A stretch of DNA of 64,000 nt from Candidatus Omnitrophota bacterium. GTDB taxonomy: Bacteria; Omnitrophota; Gorgyraeia; Gygaellales; Profunditerraquicolaceae. Under the pieces are notes generated by a model. That model saw nothing but the letters and a program-made list of their open reading frames with translations, was not told the DNA's origin and did not search any database. The stretch covers positions 75,800 through 139,799 of the forward strand of contig JAOAET010000051.1 of NCBI GenBank assembly GCA_026416665.1. Reading direction: 5' to 3'. The position numbers were made by a program, and so were the translations under genes. Shown one piece after another: positions 41,937 through 53,445 of the stretch; the stretch's first letter is position 1; each line of letters opens with the position of its first letter.

Positions 41937-43029
41937 CTCCTATTCGCTTAAGCATACCACGATTCACTAAATCATTAAAAGTAATAAGTATAGCCAAGCT
42001 GATAAGTACTGAATACCCGATACGTGCAATTATCTCCTCAGTTCGTTTACTTAAGTATTTACCACGAATCTTCTCTATTCCTAAAAGCAGTATATGCCCC
42101 CCATCCAGTGCAGGAAAAGGTAAAAGATTGAAAATAGCCAGCCCCACACTTACTACTCCTAAAAGCATCAGAAACTCGCTTAATGTGCTTGTAGCAGCAA
42201 ACCAATCAAACATAGCTACAGGGCCGCCTACTGATTGTCTTGCTGAAATTCTGCCAGTTAAAATAAACCACAATGCCTTATAAGTAAGCAGCGTCATCTC
42301 TGTTGTGCGTTTTAAGCTTATCCAGCAGGCAACAAAAGGACTGTAACGAACAAACACACGGTTGTCTTCAGCGGGCTGAGCAGGTATAATTCCAATTCCA
42401 CGAGTTACTATACGCTGACCAAAGATATTTTGTTTTTCTATTGGCAGTAGCTTTACTACTAAACTTTGCTTAAGATTATTTCGAATTAAAGTTATTTTGA
42501 TACTTTCTTTCTTAGCACTATATTTTTTTATTTTCTCGACTAAGGTATCCCAAGAATTTACCTGTTCTGCCTCTACTGCTACAATTTTGTCATTAACTTG
42601 AATTCCTGCCTTCTGGGCACCTAAACCTTCTACTAAACCACCTACTTTTGTTCCTAAAGCTGTGTATCCCCAACTAAACACAAACCAAAAAGCAATTATT
42701 CCAATAAGATAGTTCATTAATGGACCTGCGACTACTACCCAAAAACGCTTATATATGGGCTGAGATAGAAATTCATCGGGTTTATTGCTGGCTTCTTCTA
42801 GATTATCACCTGCCAATTTAACATAACCGCCTAAAGGAATTATTCTTATACAGTATTCTGTGTTCTTTCTTTTACGAGAAAATAATTTCTTGCCAAAACC
42901 TAAAGAAAAAACCTCTACACGAATACCATTATGAACAGCAGCAATAAAATGCCCCCACTCATGCACTAAAATTAAAATAGACAAAGCTACCAGAAATTTT
43001 ATTAACTTTATAAAGAATGCTACCTCCAT
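41899..43029 (-). CDS. rseP: RIP metalloprotease RseP (site-2 protease, M50)
   Basis: HEWGHFIAA (HExxH), PDZ region, LDGGH motif. Confidence 0.88.
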   Translation of the reverse strand: MEVAFFIKLIKFLVALSILILVHEWGHFIAAVHNGIRVEVFSLGFGKKLFSRKRKNTEYCIRIIPLGGYVKLAGDNLEEASNKPDEFLSQPIYKRFWVVVAGPLMNYLIGIIAFWFVFSWGYTALGTKVGGLVEGLGAQKAGIQVNDKIVAVEAEQVNSWDTLVEKIKKYSAKKESIKITLIRNNLKQSLVVKLLPIEKQNIFGQRIVTRGIGIIPAQPAEDNRVFVRYSPFVACWISLKRTTEMTLLTYKALWFILTGRISARQSVGGPVAMFDWFAATSTLSEFLMLLGVVSVGLAIFNLLPFPALDGGHILLLGIEKIRGKYLSKRTEEIIARIGYSVLISLAILITFNDLVNRGMLKRIGDVYQKFYGYFQK

Positions 43030-44183
43030 TTTTTTTCCTCTATTATCGTTTTTGCCTTTTGACGTGCCCAGGTATCTGCCTGACAGATTGCCTCTAACGT
43101 CGGCTGACTAATTACTTTATGTTGATTTAAGACTTCTCCAACAACAGAACTAATACCTAGAAATGGAATTCTCCTGTTTAAAAAAGCCTCCACTGCAATT
43201 TCGTTAGCAGCATTAAGTACTGCAGGAGCAGTTCCAGCTAATTCTGCTGCCTTGCGTGCAAGTTGAAGACAGGGAAATTTTTTTACTTCTGGTTTTGCAA
43301 AACTTAAGTGTTTTATATTAAAAACATCTAAACAAGAACAACCAGTATGGTTTTCTATTCTTTTAGGATAACTAAGTGCATATTGGATAGGTATGCGCAT
43401 ATCTGTCTGAGATAACTGAGCAAGGATACTACCATCAATAAATTCTACCATAGAGTGAACAATTGCCTCAGGATGAATAACTACCTCAATCATAGTGCTG
43501 GATACTCCAAATAATGCCATAGTCTCTAAAATCTCCAGTCCCTTATTCATTAAAGTTGCGGAATCAACCGTTATTTTTCTTCCCATTTTCCAGCGGGGAT
43601 GATTTAAAGCCTCAGATATTGTAACTTTCTTTAAACGAGCATAAGGCATATTCCAAAAGGGCCCCCCCGAGGCAGTAAGGTAAATTTTTTTTAAGGTTCT
43701 TTTATCCTGGCCATCTAAACACTGCCAAATAGCTGATTGTTCACTATCAATGGGAATAAGTCGAACTCTATTCTGTAAAAGCTTCTTTCTTATCAAATCC
43801 CCTGCCATCACCAAGGCCTCTTTGTTCGCTATAGCAATGTCCTTTTTGTTTTCAATAGCCCACAATAAAGGTAACAAACCCGCAGAACCTGAAATAGCAA
43901 TAACCACCATATCTATCTTAGGGTTACTTATTATCTTTGCAAGCCCTTGTGTTCCTATAAGAAACTCTTGTGCAGAGAAATTCTTTCTCACCGAGGAAGC
44001 TATCTGTTGATTAGTAACACAAACCTGCTTTACAGAAAATTTTTTTACCTGCTTAGATAAAAGCGCAACATTGGAATGAGCAGACAAAGCCACTACTTTA
44101 AAATGTTCAGGTAATGTTCTAATAACCTCAAGCGTATATTGTCCAATAGTCCCTGTTGAACCTAGTAAAGCAACTTGCTTCAT
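43020..44183 (-). CDS. dxr: 1-deoxy-D-xylulose 5-phosphate reductoisomerase
   Basis: VALLGSTGTIGQYTLEV NADPH-binding N-terminus, Dxr length. Confidence 0.92.
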   Translation of the reverse strand: MKQVALLGSTGTIGQYTLEVIRTLPEHFKVVALSAHSNVALLSKQVKKFSVKQVCVTNQQIASSVRKNFSAQEFLIGTQGLAKIISNPKIDMVVIAISGSAGLLPLLWAIENKKDIAIANKEALVMAGDLIRKKLLQNRVRLIPIDSEQSAIWQCLDGQDKRTLKKIYLTASGGPFWNMPYARLKKVTISEALNHPRWKMGRKITVDSATLMNKGLEILETMALFGVSSTMIEVVIHPEAIVHSMVEFIDGSILAQLSQTDMRIPIQYALSYPKRIENHTGCSCLDVFNIKHLSFAKPEVKKFPCLQLARKAAELAGTAPAVLNAANEIAVEAFLNRRIPFLGISSVVGEVLNQHKVISQPTLEAICQADTWARQKAKTIIEEKKWR

Positions 44184-44188
44184 CTTCT

Positions 44189-44995
44189 TTACATCTCCAA
44201 TGTCCCTAGAAGAATATGGGCATAAAAATACAAAGCAGGTGCTACAAAGAGAATACTATCAATAAGGTCTAATACCCCTCCAATGCCAGGAATAAAATCC
44301 GAAGAATCTTTTATAAGACAGTCCCGTTTCATTAGTGACTCAAACAAATCACCTAATTGAGCAAGAATCCCTCCCACCAAACCAATTAGAAATAAATGAA
44401 TCAGGGAAAAAGGAACAAGTGGTTTCACTAAAATTGTCCCCAACATACTAAAAACTAAACCACCTAAGGCCCCTTCTATAGATTTATTTGGGCTTACATG
44501 TGGAATAAGAGGATGCTTACCAAAACCTTTTCCCACAAGATAAGCTCCGATATCTCCGAATTTGGTAATTATCAACAACATAATTACAAATCCTAATCCG
44601 TGTTGTAGCATACGCAGGCGTATCACAAAGCTGAAAAACCATGAAACATAGAGAATACCAAATAGGGTGGTAGCAATGCTAATGACTGCGCCTTCATTTT
44701 CCTGGCGTTTTAATTGCATTATAAAAAGAGAAAATAAAGCCAGAACTATAAAAAATAGCTCCCATTTTTTAGTAAGCTCAAATCTTAACATAATAGTAAT
44801 AGGAATGATTACTCCTAATAAAGTCCCAAAGTATTTGAAGGTTGGTATTTTTCTCCGTTCTAACATAGTGAAGAATTCGTATAGGGCTAATGTCACAAAA
44901 CAAACCACTACAAAATAAAAAGCCAATGATGAAAATAAAGCAACAGTTACTAAAAGGCACAAAATTATTGAACTGTAAAGGCGTTTAATAAACAT
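44189..44995 (-). CDS. cdsA: Phosphatidate cytidylyltransferase
   Basis: Multi-TM. C-terminal signature SLMKRDCLIKDSSDFIPGIGGVLDLIDS. Confidence 0.9.
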   Translation of the reverse strand: MFIKRLYSSIILCLLVTVALFSSLAFYFVVVCFVTLALYEFFTMLERRKIPTFKYFGTLLGVIIPITIMLRFELTKKWELFFIVLALFSLFIMQLKRQENEGAVISIATTLFGILYVSWFFSFVIRLRMLQHGLGFVIMLLIITKFGDIGAYLVGKGFGKHPLIPHVSPNKSIEGALGGLVFSMLGTILVKPLVPFSLIHLFLIGLVGGILAQLGDLFESLMKRDCLIKDSSDFIPGIGGVLDLIDSILFVAPALYFYAHILLGTLEM

Positions 44996-45036
44996 AAATT
45001 TTCTTTAAATTAACAACAAATCCTTTTATTAATGGA

Positions 45037-45747
45037 TTATAACTTGCCAAACCTACGTTGCCTTAGACTATATTGTTTAATTGCTTGTTCAAAATGGCGA
45101 CGGCTAAAATCAGGCCACAACGTTTTGGTAAAATAAAACTCTGTATAAGACAACTGCCAAAGTAAAAAATTGGATATTCGTTGTTCACCACTAGTGCGTA
45201 TTAATAAATCAGGGTCAGGTAAATCTTTGGTGTAGAGAAAGCTACTTACAGTATGCTCGTTGATATCATCACATTGTAAATTTCCCTGTAGACAATTTTC
45301 AACTATTTGTTTTACTGCGTCTGTTATTTCCTGTCTTGCTCCATAATTAATTGCTAAAACTAAAGTAAGTCCTTTATTGGATGAAGTCAATCTTTCCACG
45401 TTCTGCATCTTTTCTAAAATATTCTCAGGTAATGGTCTCTGTCTGCCAATAGCAATAAATCGCACATTATTTTTTTGTAGATTGTCAAGTTCTTTATCCA
45501 AGAATTCTTCAAAATAACGCATAAGAGCATTTACTTCCTCTTTAGGTCTTGCCCAGTTTTCAGTAGAAAAAGCAAAAAGAGTTAAAACTTTTATCCCTAA
45601 TTCCGCAGCTGCTTGAACAATCTCTCTTACTCTCTCTGCTCCTTGCTGATGACCAGCTACCCGCGGTAAATGACGCTTCCTTGCCCAACGTCCATTACCA
45701 TCCATAATTATGGCAACATGTTCAGGTAGTTTGGTCTGCGTCTTCAT
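45037..45747 (-). CDS. uppS: Undecaprenyl diphosphate synthase
   Basis: HVAIIMDGNGRWA, FSTENWARP cis-prenyltransferase motifs. Confidence 0.92.
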   Translation of the reverse strand: MKTQTKLPEHVAIIMDGNGRWARKRHLPRVAGHQQGAERVREIVQAAAELGIKVLTLFAFSTENWARPKEEVNALMRYFEEFLDKELDNLQKNNVRFIAIGRQRPLPENILEKMQNVERLTSSNKGLTLVLAINYGARQEITDAVKQIVENCLQGNLQCDDINEHTVSSFLYTKDLPDPDLLIRTSGEQRISNFLLWQLSYTEFYFTKTLWPDFSRRHFEQAIKQYSLRQRRFGKL

Positions 45748-45857
45748 GTTCTTTATTAATGTGATATATCTGAATTCTGCCCTTTGTGACTAACTCAGGG
45801 CATAATCCTGAAGCAGAGGCTGGATCAATCCCTGAGCTCAATAAGGGATTGATTTCA

Positions 45858-47441
45858 TTACTGGTGAACTCGATAATCAATATCAGGAAAGATATTATCT
45901 TTATATTCTATATCCGCAAGCCACTCTGGGTCTATCGTATTTGTCTTTATCGATTCGTAAAGATGATTGAAACGAAGCAGATGTTCCTTGGTTCGTTTTA
46001 CAGCATAGCTGGTGTGGGTACCTGTGCCTAAAATAAATGCCCAATCAGAACTCTGGGCAAGTAACAATTCTCTTAACGCCTGATTAAGAGCACGTCGCAG
46101 AAGACCATCGGTGCCATTTGAATAAGTACGCGCTAATTCGGTCATCCTCCAACTAGCCATATGCAGGTGTCGATAAATCCAGTCATTGGCTCCCTGTAGC
46201 CACATCTCACTATAACCTTTCCAACCCCAACTGGACATTGAAGGCACCACTACTTGAAGACGCCTGTTTTCTTCCAGATATTCTGACGGTGTAACTAATC
46301 TAATGATATCCTGGTCAAAGGCAATTTTTCTAATTAAAAAGTCTAACCACTGTGGCCCCTCAAACCACCAATGGCCAAAAAGTTCTGCATCATAAGGAGA
46401 AACAATAATAGGCTTTCTCTGTAGGTAATCATAGAGAAATTCTATCTGACGCTGACGATTAAACATAAAATTCCCCGCATGCTCTGCTGCCTTTTCCCGT
46501 GCCCACTCAGGCACATAAGGCTCTTTATGATTGGTTGGACCGGTAATACGGTAGTATTTAATACCCGTATTAATGCGTATTCCATCAGGGTGAATGTAAG
46601 GTTTAATATAGTCATATTCTAAGTCAAATCCTATATCACGATAAAATTCGCGATAGTTATAATCACCAGGATACCCTTCAATAGATGACCATACTTGTTT
46701 AGAGGACTCAAGATCTCTTCCAAAACAAGCAACCCCACTATTTTTACAATATACTGGCGCAAAAACTCCATATTTTGGTCGGGGTGTAGCATGTAATAGC
46801 CCATGTGCATCGGTAAAGAAATATCGTATTCCTACCTCTCTTAAAAACTCATCTTGTCCTGGTTGATATCCACATTCTGGCAACCAAATACCACACGGTT
46901 TTCTTCCGAAGGTGGCTTGGTAATGTGATACTGCCACTTTCAGTTGTGCGCGCACTGACTCTCGACAAACATCCATAAGTGGAAAATAACCGTGAGTTGC
47001 TCCGCAAGTAATAATTTCAATTTTTCCGATGTCCTGCAAATTCTTAAAAGCAACTACTAAGTTTTTATGGTATTTTTCAAAAGTATCGCGAGCACGACAA
47101 AAATGATTAACATACATTATAGCCAAACGTTGAAACTGTGGCTGCCAGGTAGTGCGTTCAATCTCCTTATGGGCTAGGTCAATAAGTTTATTTAAATGCT
47201 TTAAATATCTGTCTTGTAGCAGAGGGTCAGTTAACATTGAAATAAGCGTAGGTGTCATTGACATAGTCAATCGGAAATCAACGCCGTCCTCTATCAGTTT
47301 TTCAAAAACCCATAAAAGAGGAATATACGTTTCAGTAATTGCCTCATAGAGCCAATCCTCTTCGAGAAAGTCTTCATGCTCGGGATGGCGCACAAAAGGC
47401 AAATGACAATGTAAGACTAAACAAAGATACCCTTTATTCAT
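45858..47441 (-). CDS. Glycoside hydrolase family 57 alpha-glucan enzyme (branching-enzyme type)
   Basis: LVLHCHLPFVRHPE...WLYEAITETYIPLL N-terminal GH57 signature, 527 aa. Confidence 0.8.
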   Translation of the reverse strand: MNKGYLCLVLHCHLPFVRHPEHEDFLEEDWLYEAITETYIPLLWVFEKLIEDGVDFRLTMSMTPTLISMLTDPLLQDRYLKHLNKLIDLAHKEIERTTWQPQFQRLAIMYVNHFCRARDTFEKYHKNLVVAFKNLQDIGKIEIITCGATHGYFPLMDVCRESVRAQLKVAVSHYQATFGRKPCGIWLPECGYQPGQDEFLREVGIRYFFTDAHGLLHATPRPKYGVFAPVYCKNSGVACFGRDLESSKQVWSSIEGYPGDYNYREFYRDIGFDLEYDYIKPYIHPDGIRINTGIKYYRITGPTNHKEPYVPEWAREKAAEHAGNFMFNRQRQIEFLYDYLQRKPIIVSPYDAELFGHWWFEGPQWLDFLIRKIAFDQDIIRLVTPSEYLEENRRLQVVVPSMSSWGWKGYSEMWLQGANDWIYRHLHMASWRMTELARTYSNGTDGLLRRALNQALRELLLAQSSDWAFILGTGTHTSYAVKRTKEHLLRFNHLYESIKTNTIDPEWLADIEYKDNIFPDIDYRVHQ

Positions 47442-48511
47442 GTGTTAGCAAAAAACCGTGTTTCTTCTTCTTTATTGACTATATTTTCTTGTGTGGTTTG
47501 TCGTGTTACAATCGGTGTGATTGTTCTTTCCTCTACCTTATCAGAGGACACAGCTTTTACGGCAATAACCTGTTTTCCGTCGGGCAGATAATACCGTAGG
47601 GTAAATGTCCCATCTGGACGTAACTTTATTGGTTTTCCTTGAACAGTGACTGTAGCATCAGGCTCAGTAGCTCCATATACAATTAACTCACAGTCTACAA
47701 CCAACCAAAACGCGCGTTCCTTTTGTGGCTTACGCACAGGACTGGCTGCAGAGGTAATGCCCGGCGAAGCCAGTACACCTGAAAAGAGCGCCTGCTTTAA
47801 TCGTTCTTGCCAGCCTTTTCCTGGTGAGGTATTACCAAATCCAAATCCCATTCCATAAAGTCGACCAAACATCTCCTCAGGGACCATCCATTCTTCATCT
47901 GTAATCCATGAAGGACCATCAATAGGAGTACTTACCACATTTGAGCGAACAATTGTAATAAACTCACCTGATGGTAGACGTAACCCGTAATCTACTACCC
48001 AAGATCTACCAGGAGCTGCGGTATCAATATACCAGTTATTTGCTTCCTCACGAACCTCAATATCAAAATAACGATGGGCATTTGTTCCATCAAAGTTGAT
48101 ATGGCTAATATCATAGACGCGTAAAACTTTTTTTGCACTAAAAAATAACTCTTTTAATTTATTAATTAATTTATTCCAAGTATTCTGAGTAATCTCCCAA
48201 TAACAATGTAGCCACCAAGGATCACGTACTTGCAGAATTATTCTATCACTGTTGTAACTTTGGGGTAATTCCTGAGGCATTGCCTTCGGTGCTTTAATAG
48301 CCTCAGGATGAGAAAATTTAGTCTGTTCTATCTTTGTCTCCTGGGCACCAATTACTGTTGAGGAAGTGGTTGATTCATCAAAAAAAGTAGGGGCTTTTTT
48401 TATAGTGGGTCGCCGAACATTTTTTTTCTTTTCAGACACTGTTGACTTCGCTTCTTTTTTCTTAGTGAGCTTATCCTTTAGAGAACGCATTTTCTTTAAC
48501 ATAGCGTTCAC
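47438..48511 (-). CDS. DUF4912-like hypothetical protein (GH57-associated)
   Basis: K-rich disordered N-terminus, then a conserved-looking domain (ILQVRDPWWLHCYWEIT...). ATGA overlap with the GH57 gene. Confidence 0.4.
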   Translation of the reverse strand: MNAMLKKMRSLKDKLTKKKEAKSTVSEKKKNVRRPTIKKAPTFFDESTTSSTVIGAQETKIEQTKFSHPEAIKAPKAMPQELPQSYNSDRIILQVRDPWWLHCYWEITQNTWNKLINKLKELFFSAKKVLRVYDISHINFDGTNAHRYFDIEVREEANNWYIDTAAPGRSWVVDYGLRLPSGEFITIVRSNVVSTPIDGPSWITDEEWMVPEEMFGRLYGMGFGFGNTSPGKGWQERLKQALFSGVLASPGITSAASPVRKPQKERAFWLVVDCELIVYGATEPDATVTVQGKPIKLRPDGTFTLRYYLPDGKQVIAVKAVSSDKVEERTITPIVTRQTTQENIVNKEEETRFFANT

Positions 48512-48516
48512 CTCCT

Positions 48517-48912
48517 CTATTTTTTGCCCTTTTCAGTGGTCTTTACGCTGCCTGCCATCATCGACTTTACTTCTTCTTCTAGCGCAAGTTTTGCCTTGTT
48601 AATTTTTAATAGTTCTTCCTTAAGACTTGCACTAACCAGTTGCTCTTGCATTAGCAGTTTTTTTGTGGTTTCTAATTGTTCTTTAAGCTGAGAGTTCTCA
48701 GTAATTAACTGTTGTAATTGTGTCTGACAGGAAACTTTTTGTCGCTCCATATCCGCAAGCTGCTTCTCCCGGTCAAGACGCATATCCATTTCTTTAACCC
48801 GCGCCTTTTGATACTGCGCAGCTTTATTACAAGAACTAAATAAAATTAGTAAAAGAATTATATTGGTTATAACTGCTGCTATTAATAACCGAATACGCAT
48901 TTTTTCTTCCAC
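48517..48912 (-). CDS. Small coiled-coil membrane/lipoprotein-like hypothetical protein
   Basis: N-terminal hydrophobic segment ending ...LFSSC (lipobox-like), coiled-coil Q/E/L-rich body. GTG start 5 nt after SD AGGAGG. Confidence 0.45.
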   Translation of the reverse strand: MEEKMRIRLLIAAVITNIILLLILFSSCNKAAQYQKARVKEMDMRLDREKQLADMERQKVSCQTQLQQLITENSQLKEQLETTKKLLMQEQLVSASLKEELLKINKAKLALEEEVKSMMAGSVKTTEKGKK

Positions 48913-48955
48913 AACAACCTCCTGCTTATTATAACTTTATAATAACGAAAAAAAT

Positions 48956-48989
48956 TGTCGGCTTCTTTAAAATATCATTTTTGCCGACA
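48956..48989 (-). terminator. Hairpin plus U8 tract (terminator/attenuator-like) in the purA-downstream region
   Basis: TGTCGGC/GCCGACA 7-bp stem, 20-nt loop, followed on the minus strand by TTTTTTTT. Lies ~115 nt after the purA stop and ~35 nt before the next gene's SD. Confidence 0.4.
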
Positions 48990-49102
48990 GTTTAACCCCT
49001 CCTTAGAAAATCTGAAAGACAACTTCCAGAATTTTATTCAAGAATTATTATGGCGCAATATTTTTTTACTATAACACAAGCGTACCAAGCAGTCAAGAAT
49101 TT

Positions 49103-51645
<2,543 letters not shown>

Positions 51646-51654
51646 AGGTAACTA

Positions 51655-53388
51655 TCACTTTTTACGAATTAACTTACGAATTTCTTCTTTATTTGGTGTT
51701 GCTTGTGAACTAAAAACTTCCTGGTTGTCTAATAAATAAGTTGGTCCATTGGTTATTTGTAGCTCTTCATTCAAAGCGATATTTTCTTCTAACAAAGCTT
51801 CTCCTTCTTGACTACGCGCACATTGTTTTATCGTTTGATAATCTCCTAAAGGAATACAGTCATCCCACCATACAGAGTTGATACTCCTGGAACGACAGAG
51901 AAGGTAATCGTAAAAAAGTTGTGGATAAAGCTTTTTTATACAAACTGCTCTTAGCGCCTCATCTATTTCTTGTTCTCCTGCCTGTGCCTGGAAACCTGTC
52001 TGAACCCTTTGTACCAAAAAATGGATATTTGGGTCAAACTCTCTTAGTACCTGCAAAATATCGTGACTTTCCTTTTGTAGTAAACTAATAAATACGTCAA
52101 AGCGCCCAAGCACAGGTGCACGATTTACAAAGACTCCAAATCCAAAAGCTTCTTGTTTTAATAAATAGTATTTTTCGAAAGGCTGTAAATAATTCCGCAA
52201 AGGATCAAAAGCTTTTTCCTTCTCTACTTCTCTTCCTAAAAGATAAGCAGGGATACCCAATAGGTTTAATTCTTTTATTAGCTTGTCTGCTTCTTGAGAA
52301 GGATAATTTAATCTCTTTACAACTAAACCTGGGATTTGTGTCTTAAGATAACGAATAACCTCTTGGGTATTGCAAGTGCGACAAGAAACAGGGTCAATAA
52401 CAGTAAGCGATACCTTAGGTGCGACTTTATATTCACAACTTGCAGAGGTTGTTCCTGGCGCTTTGCAAATTCCGATCATGCCTTCTTTCTTACACTGGCT
52501 ATCTCCGAAACAGGCAGGTAAAAGAGCCAACATCCTTTTATCATCTTTAATTTTATCTGACATACGCACTTCTCTAATCTGAGTACCTAAAAGTTTATTA
52601 TCCTTAACATCTAATTCCGCAATTACCAGACGCCTTGCCTCCCAACGTGGCTGAAGGACAATCACAGAACCTTCTTGTCTTGATACCTGTTCTCGAGCAT
52701 AAGTTGAACCATCTATTAAGATATTAATTTGGGGAATTTCATTTAAGATTACTCGATTAGTTTGCTCATCAAGATGACTAATAAAAATGATAATACCAGC
52801 TCCTTCTTGCTTAGCCAAGGCTACTGCATTCCGAATCGATTCTCTGGGGTCATTAATATTAAGACTTTGTCCTATATTAGCTGGCACCTTCACTGCTGCT
52901 ACTATACCGACAACATTTTTACCGAATCGCTTGATTACATAAGGACGGCTAAAATCAGATACTAAATTAGAAGCAACTACTGGAACAGGTGAGCCTTGAA
53001 AAAGAGACACTAAAAACTCAACACCAAAATTAAATTCATCTTCTCCCAAAGAAACTGCATCATAACCCATAAGTTGCATAGCCTTAACATTTATCTGTGA
53101 ACGAATTTTATCCATCTGTTGTCCGAAACTATTTTGATCAAGATTACCGCCTGCCAAGAAAGCACCTGAGTCAAGTAGAAGAATGTTTTTAGTTTTACGT
53201 CTTAGTTCATTTAGAAAAGTTGAACGGCGACTTATGCCTCCATCAGGTTCAATAGGACAATGGCAGGGATATAATAAGGCGTGCGATTGACCTGTCAATA
53301 CCACCTGGATTTTCTCTGCATACGTAAAAGGAGGTATGTTTATTAAAATCAGAACTGCTAAACCAAGCCAGATTTCTCTCTGTTTCAT
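51655..53388 (-). CDS. Secreted protein: degenerate 5'-nucleotidase/metallophosphoesterase-like N-domain fused to CxxC thioredoxin/DsbA-like region
   Basis: Signal peptide. VVLTGQSHALL / DAVSLGEDEFNFG resemble but do not conserve 5'-NT metal ligands (HTNDxHG / GNHEFD). C-terminal half has CRTC (CxxC) and further Cys pairs. SD AAGGAGG upstream. Confidence 0.35.
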   Translation of the reverse strand: MKQREIWLGLAVLILINIPPFTYAEKIQVVLTGQSHALLYPCHCPIEPDGGISRRSTFLNELRRKTKNILLLDSGAFLAGGNLDQNSFGQQMDKIRSQINVKAMQLMGYDAVSLGEDEFNFGVEFLVSLFQGSPVPVVASNLVSDFSRPYVIKRFGKNVVGIVAAVKVPANIGQSLNINDPRESIRNAVALAKQEGAGIIIFISHLDEQTNRVILNEIPQINILIDGSTYAREQVSRQEGSVIVLQPRWEARRLVIAELDVKDNKLLGTQIREVRMSDKIKDDKRMLALLPACFGDSQCKKEGMIGICKAPGTTSASCEYKVAPKVSLTVIDPVSCRTCNTQEVIRYLKTQIPGLVVKRLNYPSQEADKLIKELNLLGIPAYLLGREVEKEKAFDPLRNYLQPFEKYYLLKQEAFGFGVFVNRAPVLGRFDVFISLLQKESHDILQVLREFDPNIHFLVQRVQTGFQAQAGEQEIDEALRAVCIKKLYPQLFYDYLLCRSRSINSVWWDDCIPLGDYQTIKQCARSQEGEALLEENIALNEELQITNGPTYLLDNQEVFSSQATPNKEEIRKLIRKK

Positions 53389-53445
53389 CTTTAAACCTCC
53401 TTAATAAATATTTTTCTGCGTAAGCGTAAGTAAGAAAAGAAATAC

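Noticed and set aside
45822-45857. GGATCAATCCC...GGGATTGAT inverted repeat with a T-arm-like look
   Set aside because: Checked for a tRNA on both strands. There is no acceptor stem, D-arm or anticodon arm, and the T-loop is only 6 nt. Most likely a simple intergenic hairpin.
45786-46031. 81-aa plus-strand ORF
   Set aside because: Antisense to the 3' end of the GH57 gene and spanning the uppS/GH57 intergenic hairpin. No conserved features.
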